A stretch of 64,000 bases of DNA, from the NCBI GenBank assembly GCA_964544155.1, contig CAZJAH010000001.1:23304-87303 (forward strand), written 5' to 3'. The notes below the pieces were generated by a model. It ran no database searches. It saw only the letters and a program-made list of their open reading frames with translations, and had not been told where the DNA came from. This stretch comes from an uncultured Hyphomicrobiales bacterium (GTDB lineage: Bacteria > Bacteroidota > Ignavibacteria > Kapaibacteriales > UBA2268). Positions 48,708 to 57,747 of this stretch are shown here, piece by piece. Both the position numbers and the translations under genes were made by a program. Every line of letters starts with the position of its first letter. Within the stretch, counting starts at the first letter, position 1.

Positions 48708-49143
48708 TACCCGAAAAAGCATCTTACTTGTTACTTATTGAATTAAACGCTCAATCGTTAGTTCAGGTTGGCAGAAAAGGTCTTTTTTTTTTGATGAAGG
48801 CTATTATATCTATGCCGGTAGCGCACTCAAAAACGCGCCATCGAGAATAAAAAGGCATTTTTCGAATGAAAAGAAATTGAAGTGGCACATTGATTTTTTA
48901 CTGAATAATGAACTCTCCGAACTAAAAAAAGCTTTTATCATCGAATGCAATGAAAGTCTTGAATGTACTTTAAATTCTATAGTTCAAAAATCTCGGCATT
49001 TCGCGGCCGCGTATAAAGGTTTCGGTTCTTCGGATTGTAAAGTGTGCTATTCTCATTTAAGCAGGTACACCTCAGATTCGGATATTAATATAATAATACC
49101 TGAATTACTCAGCCCTTTTCCATTCCTGGCTTTTGCCGAATAA
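48704..49143 (+). pseudogene. DUF123 / Uri-superfamily (GIY-YIG-like) endonuclease gene interrupted by a -1 frameshift in a T10 homopolymer at 48783..48792
   Basis: Frame A from ATG 48704 (overlapping the upstream stop as ATGA) gives MIPEKASYLLLIELNAQSLVQVGRKGLFF. Frame B continues DEGYYIYAGSALKNAPSRIKRHF...WHIDFLL...GFGSSDCKVCYSHL, the hallmark DUF123 motifs. The two frames join across the T10 run. The ORF track shows only the 3' part, 48877..49143. Confidence 0.7.
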
Positions 49144-49542
49144 TGGCAGCCCTATATACCCTCGCACTTCAAGGATTTTGCCCTTATCTTTTAATTCAAG
49201 TTTAGAGCTATATGTTTTGCCGCTCCGCGGATCATAGATTTCTCCGTCAACCCACTGATCGTCTTTATTGTCGTATTTGAAATTCTTTAAAATTCGAAGC
49301 CCTACAAGCTTGCGGCCTCTTTTTTCGGGATCCGGATTCTTGATGTCATTTTCCGGGGGTCCGCCTTCTTCGCCGATATTGTCCATCCAGAAAATCTCTC
49401 CGTGGTAGCGGCCATTTTCTTTATATATTTTTACTTTCCCTTTTTCATCTTCAGTAAACCATATTCCGGAGATTTCATCCGCATCAGAGAATATTACTAC
49501 AGGGAAAAGCAAAAGCATTACAACTAAAATAATTGATCGCAT
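49105..49542 (-). CDS. DUF2147 domain secreted protein
   Basis: Signal peptide followed by the GIWFTEDEKGKVKIY...GEIFW...DPRSGKTYSSKLEL pattern typical of DUF2147. Length 145 aa. Confidence 0.6.
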   Translation of the reverse strand: MRSIILVVMLLLFPVVIFSDADEISGIWFTEDEKGKVKIYKENGRYHGEIFWMDNIGEEGGPPENDIKNPDPEKRGRKLVGLRILKNFKYDNKDDQWVDGEIYDPRSGKTYSSKLELKDKGKILEVRGYIGLPLFGKSQEWKRAE

Positions 49543-49602
49543 ATTCTATAAAATAATTATGTAATAAATAACAAGTAACAAAACGAAACTCGTACACATA
49601 TA

Positions 49603-50832
49603 TTATTCGTATCTGAGAGCATCAATTGGATCAAGCCCCGCGGCTTTCCATGCCGGATAAGCACCCGATATCAAGCCCAAGACAGTACATATTACTATGC
49701 TGGCAATTATCCACACAACCGGCAGGTCAAGAGTTACGTTAAAAGCCATGCCGAACAGCCAGGAAGCCCCAACACCAAATAATATTCCTATTAAACCCCC
49801 TATCTGGCATAGAGTTACTGTTTCAATGATAAACTGAAGCAAAATCCAGAATTTCTTTGCGCCAACAGCTTTTCTTACGCCGATTTCCTTTGTCCTTTCT
49901 TTTACTGATACCAGCATGATGTTCATGATACCTACACCTGCGGCTATTAAAGCAAAAGCGCCTGATATAATTCCGAAAATCGATAGAAAGCCTGTGAGCC
50001 CGGCAAACTGCTCGCTGATGGATTCATTTGTTTCCAGCTCAAAACTGTTTTCTTCCCAGGGCTTTATGTTGCGAACAGTACGCATTATACCTATAGCTTC
50101 ATCAATAGTAGCGCTAAGGGCTTCTTTGCTTATTGCTCTGACGTGGATATTGAGCGATTCATCCCAACGGTTAGCATGATACTTCAGGAACTGTGTGATG
50201 GGCACAATTACCTGGTTATCCTGGCTTTGGCCCAGTAAAGCGCCTTTAGTTGTCAGAACACCAATAACTGTGTATTGCTGGTTTTTGATCTTTATTTCTT
50301 TGCCAATAGGTGATTGATTGGGGAAAAGGTCAACTACAATATCATTGCCGATTATGGCAATTTTGCGGTTGAATTCAATATCCATGTTGGTAAAGGCACG
50401 GCCTGTTTCGAGGTCTATATTATTGGTGCGGAAATACATATCTTCGGCGCCTACCAGGTTCACATCAGGATCTGTTTCATAAATATCATACCGAATTGTA
50501 TTGGCTCCTGCCGTTGATGCAGCGCTGACCATATCGGTCAAAGTTATATTTTTCCGGAGCTCTTCATATTGCGAGTAGTTGAGCGGTTTTCGGCTTCTGT
50601 ATTTGCGCCAGGTATCGCCCATCTGTATTGACGGCATTCTTTTGAACTGAAAAGAATTCTCACCCAGTTCAGCCATTTCACCTGTAACGGTTTCATTAAT
50701 AGATCCCGCCAGCGAACCTGCTCCGACTATAGCAAATACGCCAATGGCAATACTTAGCAGTGTGAGCGAAGCCCTGAGCTTGTTCACTCTGATTGAATCA
50801 ATTGCCAGTAATATGCTTTCCAGAGTATTCAT
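49603..50832 (-). CDS. ABC transporter permease, FtsX/MacB-type
   Basis: N-terminal TM, a large periplasmic MacB-PCD-like domain, then a C-terminal FtsX 3-TM bundle (…VGIMNIMLVSVKERTKEIGVRKAVGA…). Confidence 0.8.
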   Translation of the reverse strand: MNTLESILLAIDSIRVNKLRASLTLLSIAIGVFAIVGAGSLAGSINETVTGEMAELGENSFQFKRMPSIQMGDTWRKYRSRKPLNYSQYEELRKNITLTDMVSAASTAGANTIRYDIYETDPDVNLVGAEDMYFRTNNIDLETGRAFTNMDIEFNRKIAIIGNDIVVDLFPNQSPIGKEIKIKNQQYTVIGVLTTKGALLGQSQDNQVIVPITQFLKYHANRWDESLNIHVRAISKEALSATIDEAIGIMRTVRNIKPWEENSFELETNESISEQFAGLTGFLSIFGIISGAFALIAAGVGIMNIMLVSVKERTKEIGVRKAVGAKKFWILLQFIIETVTLCQIGGLIGILFGVGASWLFGMAFNVTLDLPVVWIIASIVICTVLGLISGAYPAWKAAGLDPIDALRYE

Positions 50833-50853
50833 TTTATTTTTAATAATCTTATG

Positions 50854-52113
50854 TTAATCTGCTCTTATTGCTTCTACGGGATCCAAATTCGATGCTTTAA
50901 TTGCAGGTATCATGCCGGCCAGCATCCCTACAAATATCGATACAACTGATGCTATTGCCAAAAGCTGATACGGTATAACCGGCGCAAGAAATGACATTTC
51001 TTCCACAAATTGCGGCAGTATCTTAGCTGTTGCGAGTACCAGTATAGAACAAACCGCAAAAGCCACTATCGCTCCCACAAAGCATAAAAATGATGATTCG
51101 ATGATAAACTGCATCCATATAGAACGTTTTTTTGCGCCTATGGCTTTGCGTATGCCAATCTCTTTAGTTCTCTCAGTTACCGATACGAACATTATGTTCA
51201 TTATACCGATTATCCCAACTAAAAAGGAAAGCAGGGTCATGCCTATTCCGACAGCCCAAACATTAAACCTTACTTTGGCAACCATTTCTTCGAAGGCTTT
51301 AGTTTCGTTTATTGAAAAACTGTCCTCCTCCCAGGGCTGAACGTTTCTTATAACTCTCATTTGCCCGCGGGTTTCTGACCTGACCTCGTCAAGCCGTTCT
51401 TCGCTTCCGGCTTTTACGGCAACAGATACCGACCTTCCGTAATCACCGAAAACATCAACAAATGATTTCATGGGTATATATACCTGGTTATCAAGGAAAT
51501 CAAAGAAAATCGTGCCCTGCTTAGTTATAACTCCTACTACAGTGAATCTATGGCCTTTGATTTTTATTTCTTTTCCTATGGCATTATCATTCGGAAAAAT
51601 TGTTTCATATACTTTATGGCCTATAACGGCGACATTCTCACCCATCTCGTCTTCAAAAGCGCTGAAATACCTGCCTTTAAGGATTTCACCGCCTGAAGTA
51701 TAAGCATGTTTATAGCTGGTGCCGTTTATAACAATATTCGTATAGCTTGCATTATCGTAAGTTATCTTCTCGCCCCAATTCCTTGCCGTGGGAAATGCCA
51801 GCTCTGCTGATGATAATCTGTCCGATAACTGATTTGCCTGGCGGATGGTTATGGGCTTTCTCTGGCGGACAAGCCTCCAGTTTTGTCCGCCGGCCCAGTC
51901 CCATTTATCCACATAAAGCATATCAGTGCCGATCATCTTAAATGTGTCGTTCATGGCGGTATCGAGGCCTGAAAGTATCCATCCCATTAATATAACAAAT
52001 GATATCCCTATGACTACTCCGAGTGAGGCAAGAAATGACCTTAGCGGATTTGAAATTAATGCCGCCAGAGCTATCTTTAAAGATTCTTTTATTTCGCCGA
52101 AATATATAAGCAT
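50854..52113 (-). CDS. ABC transporter permease, FtsX/MacB-type (paralogue)
   Basis: Same architecture as the neighbouring permease (…IMNIMFVSVTERTKEIGIRKAIGA…). Confidence 0.8.
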   Translation of the reverse strand: MLIYFGEIKESLKIALAALISNPLRSFLASLGVVIGISFVILMGWILSGLDTAMNDTFKMIGTDMLYVDKWDWAGGQNWRLVRQRKPITIRQANQLSDRLSSAELAFPTARNWGEKITYDNASYTNIVINGTSYKHAYTSGGEILKGRYFSAFEDEMGENVAVIGHKVYETIFPNDNAIGKEIKIKGHRFTVVGVITKQGTIFFDFLDNQVYIPMKSFVDVFGDYGRSVSVAVKAGSEERLDEVRSETRGQMRVIRNVQPWEEDSFSINETKAFEEMVAKVRFNVWAVGIGMTLLSFLVGIIGIMNIMFVSVTERTKEIGIRKAIGAKKRSIWMQFIIESSFLCFVGAIVAFAVCSILVLATAKILPQFVEEMSFLAPVIPYQLLAIASVVSIFVGMLAGMIPAIKASNLDPVEAIRAD

Positions 52114-52128
52114 TTCTTTTAATTCTGA

Positions 52129-52875
52129 TTATGTGTAGTCCAGGTTAACTGCCGGGACTATAGGGTTTTCATTTATTAAATCACTTTCTATGAGGCCGTC
52201 TCTTAATCTTACAATCCTGTGTGCGTGACGCGCGATTTCCTCTTCATGTGTTACCAGTATGATTGTATGGCCTTTTTGCCACAATTCGGAGAAAAGCTTC
52301 ATAATTTCAATTCCGGTCTTTGAATCGAGGTTTCCTGTCGGCTCGTCAGCCAGGATAATTGACGGGTCAGTTACCAGCGCCCTGGCTATGGCTACCCTCT
52401 GCCTCTGGCCTCCGGAGAGTTCATTGGGTTTGTGTGTTATCCTGTCGCCAAGGCCGACATTTTCAAGTGTCTCTTTAGCTTTTTCCAGCCTTTGTGATGA
52501 TGACAGCCCGGCATATACAAGAGGCAGTTCAACGTTTTTATGGGCGGTAGCGCGAGGCAGCAGGTTAAATGTCTGGAATACAAAGCCAATCTCGCGGTTA
52601 CGTATTTCAGCAAGTTCATTATCATTCATCCCGTTAACGTCATTGCCGTTGAATTTGTAGCTTCCGCCTGATGGAGTATCAAGGCAGCCGAGTATATTCA
52701 TCAAAGTGGATTTGCCCGAACCTGAAGGGCCCATTATCGCAACATATTCATTCGGGAAGATATTGATAGTCACATCCCTTAGCGCGAATACTTTCTGCGT
52801 GCCCATTTTATAGACTTTTGATATATTTTTTATATCTATAATCGGTTCGGATTTAATATTTTCGGTATTACTCAT
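52129..52875 (-). CDS. ABC transporter ATP-binding protein (MacB/LolD-type)
   Basis: Walker [11 protein letters not shown]-loop, signature LSGGQRQR, Walker B ILADEPT and the H-loop. Length 248 aa. Confidence 0.9.
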   Translation of the reverse strand: MSNTENIKSEPIIDIKNISKVYKMGTQKVFALRDVTINIFPNEYVAIMGPSGSGKSTLMNILGCLDTPSGGSYKFNGNDVNGMNDNELAEIRNREIGFVFQTFNLLPRATAHKNVELPLVYAGLSSSQRLEKAKETLENVGLGDRITHKPNELSGGQRQRVAIARALVTDPSIILADEPTGNLDSKTGIEIMKLFSELWQKGHTIILVTHEEEIARHAHRIVRLRDGLIESDLINENPIVPAVNLDYT

Positions 52876-52886
52876 AATTTCATTTA

Positions 52887-54182
52887 TTAAGGTGTAGCCA
52901 ATACATTTCTGTTGAATTTAGTTGTATCTACCTGTATGGGAGCGCCATCATAGAGCTGCTTGCTCACTGCCCGGAAACTCCCGCTAATTACGGTCTGGCC
53001 TTCATCGAGTCCATTTTTGATTTCAATAAACCCTCTGTCGCTAATACCTGTTTCCACGTTGACCAGCCTGGCCTTATTGCCGTCTTTAATAAAAACAACT
53101 GGTTGGGGTTTATCTTTCATCTTTTTGACATCATCATCAATTTTTTTTGTACCTCTTCCGGCGTCCATATTCAGGTCAGGATTCCTGTCTATAGTAGTAT
53201 CACGCACGGTGACTGCCATAAGTGGGACTGCTACCACATTCTGCCTGGTTTCGGTTTGAATTTCCACATTACAGCTCATACCGGGCCTGAGCTTAGGTTC
53301 CTCGCTAAGCAGCCTTATTTTAACTTCAAAATTTGTTACCTGATCCTGCGATCCCAATTGGTCGGTTTTGGCGGAGTGGCCGATTTCAAATACTCTTCCT
53401 TTGTATATGGCTTCACCGAGAGCGTCAATTTCAACAAGTGTAGTATCACCCAGGGTTACCATGACTATATCGTTTTCATCTACGTCCACTACCGCGTTCA
53501 TCACCGAAAGATCAGACACACGCATTATTTCCGTGCCCTGCATCATTTCCGTGCCCACCACTTTTTCGCCTTTCTCTACGGCAAGCAAAGTCACTATTCC
53601 GTCAATAGGGGCATGAATAGTGGTTCTTTCGGCACTACGCTTAACCTGCCTGAAAGAAGCCTTAGCCTGTTCATATCTGGAAAGAGCGGCCTGATAAGCA
53701 GCCTGAGCGGCCTGATAAGCAGCCTGAGCTGAATCAAATTCCTGCTGAGAGATAAACTCCTTTTCATATAGACTTGTCGTTCTTTCCAACTCTTTTTTAG
53801 TACGTTCCATCTCTGCTTTACGTATATTGATTTCCATTTCGGCGGCATCAGCGGCTGATTTCATCTGCTCAAGCTGAGTTTCAACAATATCCGGCTTAAT
53901 CCTGACCAGAAGTTCGCCTGCTTTAACGGTATCGCCTTCATTCACACCAAGGTAAATGATCTCGCCGGAAGTTTCAGAGCTGATTTTAACTTCCGTTTCG
54001 GGCTGAATCTTGCCTATAGCAGAAACTGTCTGCGTGATTGTTCTGAGTTGGGCTTCCTCTATTTTCACGCTTATTTCTGCAGGTCCCTTTTTACCAATAA
54101 ATATGGCTATGGCGGCTATGGCCACTGCTGCCAGAATGGTAATTATTATCCATGTTTTTTTTGTTGATCTTCTTTTTGCCAT
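52887..54182 (-). CDS. Efflux transporter periplasmic adaptor subunit (MacA/HlyD membrane-fusion protein)
   Basis: N-terminal TM anchor ([25 protein letters not shown]), coiled-coil hairpin, beta-barrel and MP domains. I chose the start at M26 of the track ORF to avoid overlap with the RDD gene; the longer ORF would extend to 54257. Confidence 0.75.
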   Translation of the reverse strand: MAKRRSTKKTWIIITILAAVAIAAIAIFIGKKGPAEISVKIEEAQLRTITQTVSAIGKIQPETEVKISSETSGEIIYLGVNEGDTVKAGELLVRIKPDIVETQLEQMKSAADAAEMEINIRKAEMERTKKELERTTSLYEKEFISQQEFDSAQAAYQAAQAAYQAALSRYEQAKASFRQVKRSAERTTIHAPIDGIVTLLAVEKGEKVVGTEMMQGTEIMRVSDLSVMNAVVDVDENDIVMVTLGDTTLVEIDALGEAIYKGRVFEIGHSAKTDQLGSQDQVTNFEVKIRLLSEEPKLRPGMSCNVEIQTETRQNVVAVPLMAVTVRDTTIDRNPDLNMDAGRGTKKIDDDVKKMKDKPQPVVFIKDGNKARLVNVETGISDRGFIEIKNGLDEGQTVISGSFRAVSKQLYDGAPIQVDTTKFNRNVLATP

Positions 54183-54204
54183 TTTATCCTCAGTTAATAA
54201 TTTC

Positions 54205-54810
54205 TTATACCGGTTTAACGGGTTCTTCTTCAGGCTGATATTTGACCTCACCGGCAAAATAAACTGCGGTACCGGCTATCATATCGTGGAAGGCCTGCCG
54301 CCTTGCTCCGAGTACGAAAAAGAAACCAAAAAGGATTATAATAAATACCAATATGCTTAATCCCTCAAATATCATTTGCCCGGTTAATAATGCAAGTAAA
54401 TTAAAATATAGATGTAAGTTTTTAATTGAAAATCGGGTAAACAGTTTGGCATAACTTGCCCAGGTACGGTTTTCCGAAGCTATTCTGATACCAAGTATGA
54501 GCTTTCCGGGTGTGGCCGCGAGCAATACCTCCATAAAATAATACAAAAAAGAAATCAGCAACGACATGGGGGTACTTACCTCACTAAACTGCCTGATCAG
54601 TTCCGGATCTATGATAACTTTTATTCCATGTTCCTGCACAAGGTCCATAGTGCCGGTGAATAGCATGGCAATACTTGATACAATCGTCACAATCAGTAAG
54701 TCAAGCAGTGCTGCTCCGAACCTTCTGCCGAATCCAACCCTGTAATCGAATTCATCATAATACTGAAATTGATCTTCAGGGCCGAAGGGAGTATTTTGAT
54801 CATTAGCCAT
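54205..54810 (-). CDS. RDD family membrane protein
   Basis: RDD signature (R..FGAALLDLLIV ... RRQAFHDMIAGT) with 3-4 TM helices. It is embedded between tolC and macA in the same operon. Confidence 0.65.
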   Translation of the reverse strand: MANDQNTPFGPEDQFQYYDEFDYRVGFGRRFGAALLDLLIVTIVSSIAMLFTGTMDLVQEHGIKVIIDPELIRQFSEVSTPMSLLISFLYYFMEVLLAATPGKLILGIRIASENRTWASYAKLFTRFSIKNLHLYFNLLALLTGQMIFEGLSILVFIIILFGFFFVLGARRQAFHDMIAGTAVYFAGEVKYQPEEEPVKPV

Positions 54811-54842
54811 AATTATTCTCCGTTATTTAGATATATTTTTCA

Positions 54843-56165
54843 TCATTTTATTAGACCGATCCTGAACTGAATCTCTTTTTTGGCCTGTAAATAATTATAA
54901 ACGGCAGTAACTCTGTTTATCCTTGCTGTTAACTGTTGTGTCTGGGCCTGAATAAACTCAGTAATTGAAGCCGCCCCCAGCTCAAATCTTTCTCTGGAGC
55001 TTTCAAAATTTCTCTCTGCCGCCCATATTGATCTTTGGGCAACTTCAAGCTGCTTTTCGGCAGCGTCGAGATTTAGTATTGCGGTCTGAATTTCGGCTAT
55101 TATGTTTTGTTCGGTTTCATACAGGTCAAGTGAACTTTGCGACTTGCTGTTTTCTGCGTTTGCTACCTGCTCGGCAACATTAAAATTCTGGAAAATCGGA
55201 ACATTCAGGCTGAGGCCAAAACTGGAATTATTCCTTCTCAGGAATCCTGTCTGGCCGTCTTCCCAATTCCATCCGCCGTTCACAAAGGCTGAAAGCGAGG
55301 GGAAATAAGATCCTCGAGCTGCCGTAACGCTTGCTTCAGCAATTTCAAGTGACCTTTTGGCCGCTATATAATCCGGCCTTTTTTCAAAGGCTATCTCAAT
55401 AGCGTTCCGGGTAGTTCCGATAATTTCTCTGAACTGTGCTATTTCGGCGGAATCGACTGTGCTCGGTATTGAAGATTCTAAAAATTCAGCATTAATGTCC
55501 GGCCTGATGCCCATTGTTTTCATCAAAGCGGTTTTAGAAACACTGAAGTCATTTTGAGCCTGTATCAGGTCAAACTCGCGATTTCCAAGTTCAGCTTCCT
55601 GTGAATATACAGCCGATACCGGCACTACTCCGGCATCGAATTGAGCTCTGATCCTCTCGAGGTCCGATCTGGTCTGTTCCAGATTTTCTCTTCTAATTTT
55701 TACCAGCTGGGCATTCTTTATAATATTAGTGTATTCAACATATACCCGGTAATTTATCATCATGTGATTGAATCTGTTAGTTAACTGCCAGAAATCCAGG
55801 GTTTTATCACTCATTTCATAACGGGCTTCTCTGGTGAAGCCGTCAAAGATCAAAAGCTGTGCCTGAAGGTTTAGATTATAATTGTTTGGCGGCGGATCAT
55901 ACGGCAGGCTTATACCATTAGATATAATGCTGCCTTCAAGTATGCGCTGATATCCGGCGCTAGCTCTCATAGTAGGGAGATAGTCTCCGAAAGCGCTTCT
56001 CTGCTCTACCTTCGACCGGCCTATTTCAGATTCCGATGAAAGAATACGGAGATTGTTATCCACCGCTATTCTTAAGCATTCCCGGAGGGAATAGGTATTG
56101 TTCTGCTGAGCCGTCACAGTAGCGGACGCCATCATTCCAATTATCACAAATAGTATTATTCTCAT
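54843..56165 (-). CDS. TolC-family outer-membrane efflux channel
   Basis: Signal peptide. Two tandem OEP repeats with the characteristic coiled-coil/beta-barrel pattern. Length 440 aa. Confidence 0.8.
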   Translation of the reverse strand: MRIILFVIIGMMASATVTAQQNNTYSLRECLRIAVDNNLRILSSESEIGRSKVEQRSAFGDYLPTMRASAGYQRILEGSIISNGISLPYDPPPNNYNLNLQAQLLIFDGFTREARYEMSDKTLDFWQLTNRFNHMMINYRVYVEYTNIIKNAQLVKIRRENLEQTRSDLERIRAQFDAGVVPVSAVYSQEAELGNREFDLIQAQNDFSVSKTALMKTMGIRPDINAEFLESSIPSTVDSAEIAQFREIIGTTRNAIEIAFEKRPDYIAAKRSLEIAEASVTAARGSYFPSLSAFVNGGWNWEDGQTGFLRRNNSSFGLSLNVPIFQNFNVAEQVANAENSKSQSSLDLYETEQNIIAEIQTAILNLDAAEKQLEVAQRSIWAAERNFESSRERFELGAASITEFIQAQTQQLTARINRVTAVYNYLQAKKEIQFRIGLIK

Positions 56166-56173
56166 TTTACGAA

Positions 56174-56211
56174 CCTGTCTTGTTACATTCAGCCTGTCTT
56201 GTTACATACAG
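56174..56211. repeat. Direct repeat, 2 copies of CCTGTCTTGTTACAT with a 19-bp period
   Basis: Read directly: CCTGTCTTGTTACATtcagCCTGTCTTGTTACATacag. It starts 9 bp upstream of the tolC start codon on the coding side, in the promoter/leader of the tolC-macAB operon. Confidence 0.6.
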
Positions 56212-56262
56212 CTTATAGATACGAGAACATAAATGATCGGTTTCAAATAATCGCAAAAAGTT

Positions 56263-57747
56263 TCAGTCAGAGGGATAAGATTTTATCAGAGTCGCGCGCC
56301 CCTGTCTGTCAATTGCTTTCATTTTGAATCTGAATGGTTTATCCGTATCCTTTGGCACAGCCTGAAAAACCTGCATCCAAACGAGGCTTTCTCTGTCTTC
56401 ACGTCCATCGCCTGGCTTTTCAATAAATCTGGCATTACCATCGACTAATTCGATCTTTGTTATATAATTTGCTTTGTTCCCGTATAGTCCGAATGCTCTT
56501 GTACGAATATACGCCGAGCTGTTCCCGACAGGCTGTATGTCGATAACCTCGGGCTGAGGGTAATTATTAACCTGTATAGTATATTTTTGGCCGATCAGAT
56601 TATTATCAGCGTAAAGTTCGAGATAAAGCACTTTACCCGTATCATTTATTGAAGGAGTGAAATTAAAAGATCCGCCGGTTGAATTTTGAGCGCGTACGTC
56701 TCCGGATTGCTTTTCAACTAATTGAGCTTTTATTCCGCGGTTTGCAAGCTTTGGCAGATTTGGTCTAATTTCATAAGTTTTACCCGGATACATAATTCTT
56801 GCAAATTCAGGGGATTTAAGCGGTTGCGGGGTAACCCTGAATTCAACACTTTTTTCCATTCCGTCGGCTTTTCTTATAAGAGTAAGAGTAACTCTTGATT
56901 CACCGAACCCTGGTGATTCGCCCCTAAGGACTATCTGATTTGTGGAAAAATTCTCAATGGAAGCTGTACCGCCGTTATTTTCAGGATTATTCTTAATACT
57001 TACTACAGGCTTTCTGAGAAGGTCTTTTTCAGGATTTAATCCAAATATCAATACCGGATTCGTCCATTTTTGATATGCTATGGTTCTAACAGGATTCTCT
57101 ACAGGATCGAGTAACACTTCTCCGGGTTCGTCGCGCATAATGAACATCCTCGGCACATCCGGTTCAGTTTGTTCGTTTGTATCCCTGATTGCCAGGTATT
57201 GATCATCCTGTCCAGGAGTTTCCTGCTGATCAAGGAAAATAATGTTAAGGCTGAACTTTGTAGATGCTTCAACAGGTATGGTCCTTCCATCTTTACTGGT
57301 GTATTCACCATCTGCATTTACATGTACTATAAATGATTTATTCTTCAGCTCATAAACCGGTGGATACCAAAAGAAACTGACAGTATTGAGTTTAGGCTTT
57401 TCTTCTATGCGGAAATGATTGGTATTTGTCCGGCTTTCTGAAGCTAAAACCAGTTTTTGCTTAAGAGCCTGGTCTTCTATTATGAACTCATAATTAAGAT
57501 TAGATACTCCGCCCCTGTGAAATATATTATTTATGGAATCTACCGTAAGAATCTTAGGCCCGAGGCTGTCAATTTCAAGAAAGCAGTTAAGTGTTGTTTT
57601 CTCCGGATAAATAAGAAATTCAGGCTTATCTTCATCAGCGGAAATATCAGTCTTGTCCTTTTCGCCGGGTAAAATGAAAATGAGCGCCGCTAGATAAAGC
57701 ACGAAATAAATTTCGACAGTGCGTCTTCTTTTAGTCTTTTGTTTCAT
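56263..57747 (-). CDS. Single-pass membrane protein, divergent GldM/PorM-like (mostly beta periplasmic domain)
   Basis: N-terminus MKQKTKRRRTVEIYFVLYLAALIFIL has Arg at position 9 and a Tyr-containing TM, like GldM (…SPRQKMINLMYLVFIAML). The periplasmic portion is about 460 aa and beta-rich, with no helical D1-like region. It overlaps the upstream GldL-like gene by 17 bp. Confidence 0.4.
   Translation of the reverse strand: MKQKTKRRRTVEIYFVLYLAALIFILPGEKDKTDISADEDKPEFLIYPEKTTLNCFLEIDSLGPKILTVDSINNIFHRGGVSNLNYEFIIEDQALKQKLVLASESRTNTNHFRIEEKPKLNTVSFFWYPPVYELKNKSFIVHVNADGEYTSKDGRTIPVEASTKFSLNIIFLDQQETPGQDDQYLAIRDTNEQTEPDVPRMFIMRDEPGEVLLDPVENPVRTIAYQKWTNPVLIFGLNPEKDLLRKPVVSIKNNPENNGGTASIENFSTNQIVLRGESPGFGESRVTLTLIRKADGMEKSVEFRVTPQPLKSPEFARIMYPGKTYEIRPNLPKLANRGIKAQLVEKQSGDVRAQNSTGGSFNFTPSINDTGKVLYLELYADNNLIGQKYTIQVNNYPQPEVIDIQPVGNSSAYIRTRAFGLYGNKANYITKIELVDGNARFIEKPGDGREDRESLVWMQVFQAVPKDTDKPFRFKMKAIDRQGRATLIKSYPSD

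Noticed and set aside
48883-48900. Sigma-54 -24-like TGGCAC element
   Set aside because: The -12 position reads TTTT instead of TTGC(A/T), and the site lies inside the DUF123 coding sequence.
53103-53732. 209-aa plus-strand ORF with an LISSLSG repeat
   Set aside because: It is antisense to macA, and its repeat is the mirror of the 21-bp duplication. It has no homologous features.
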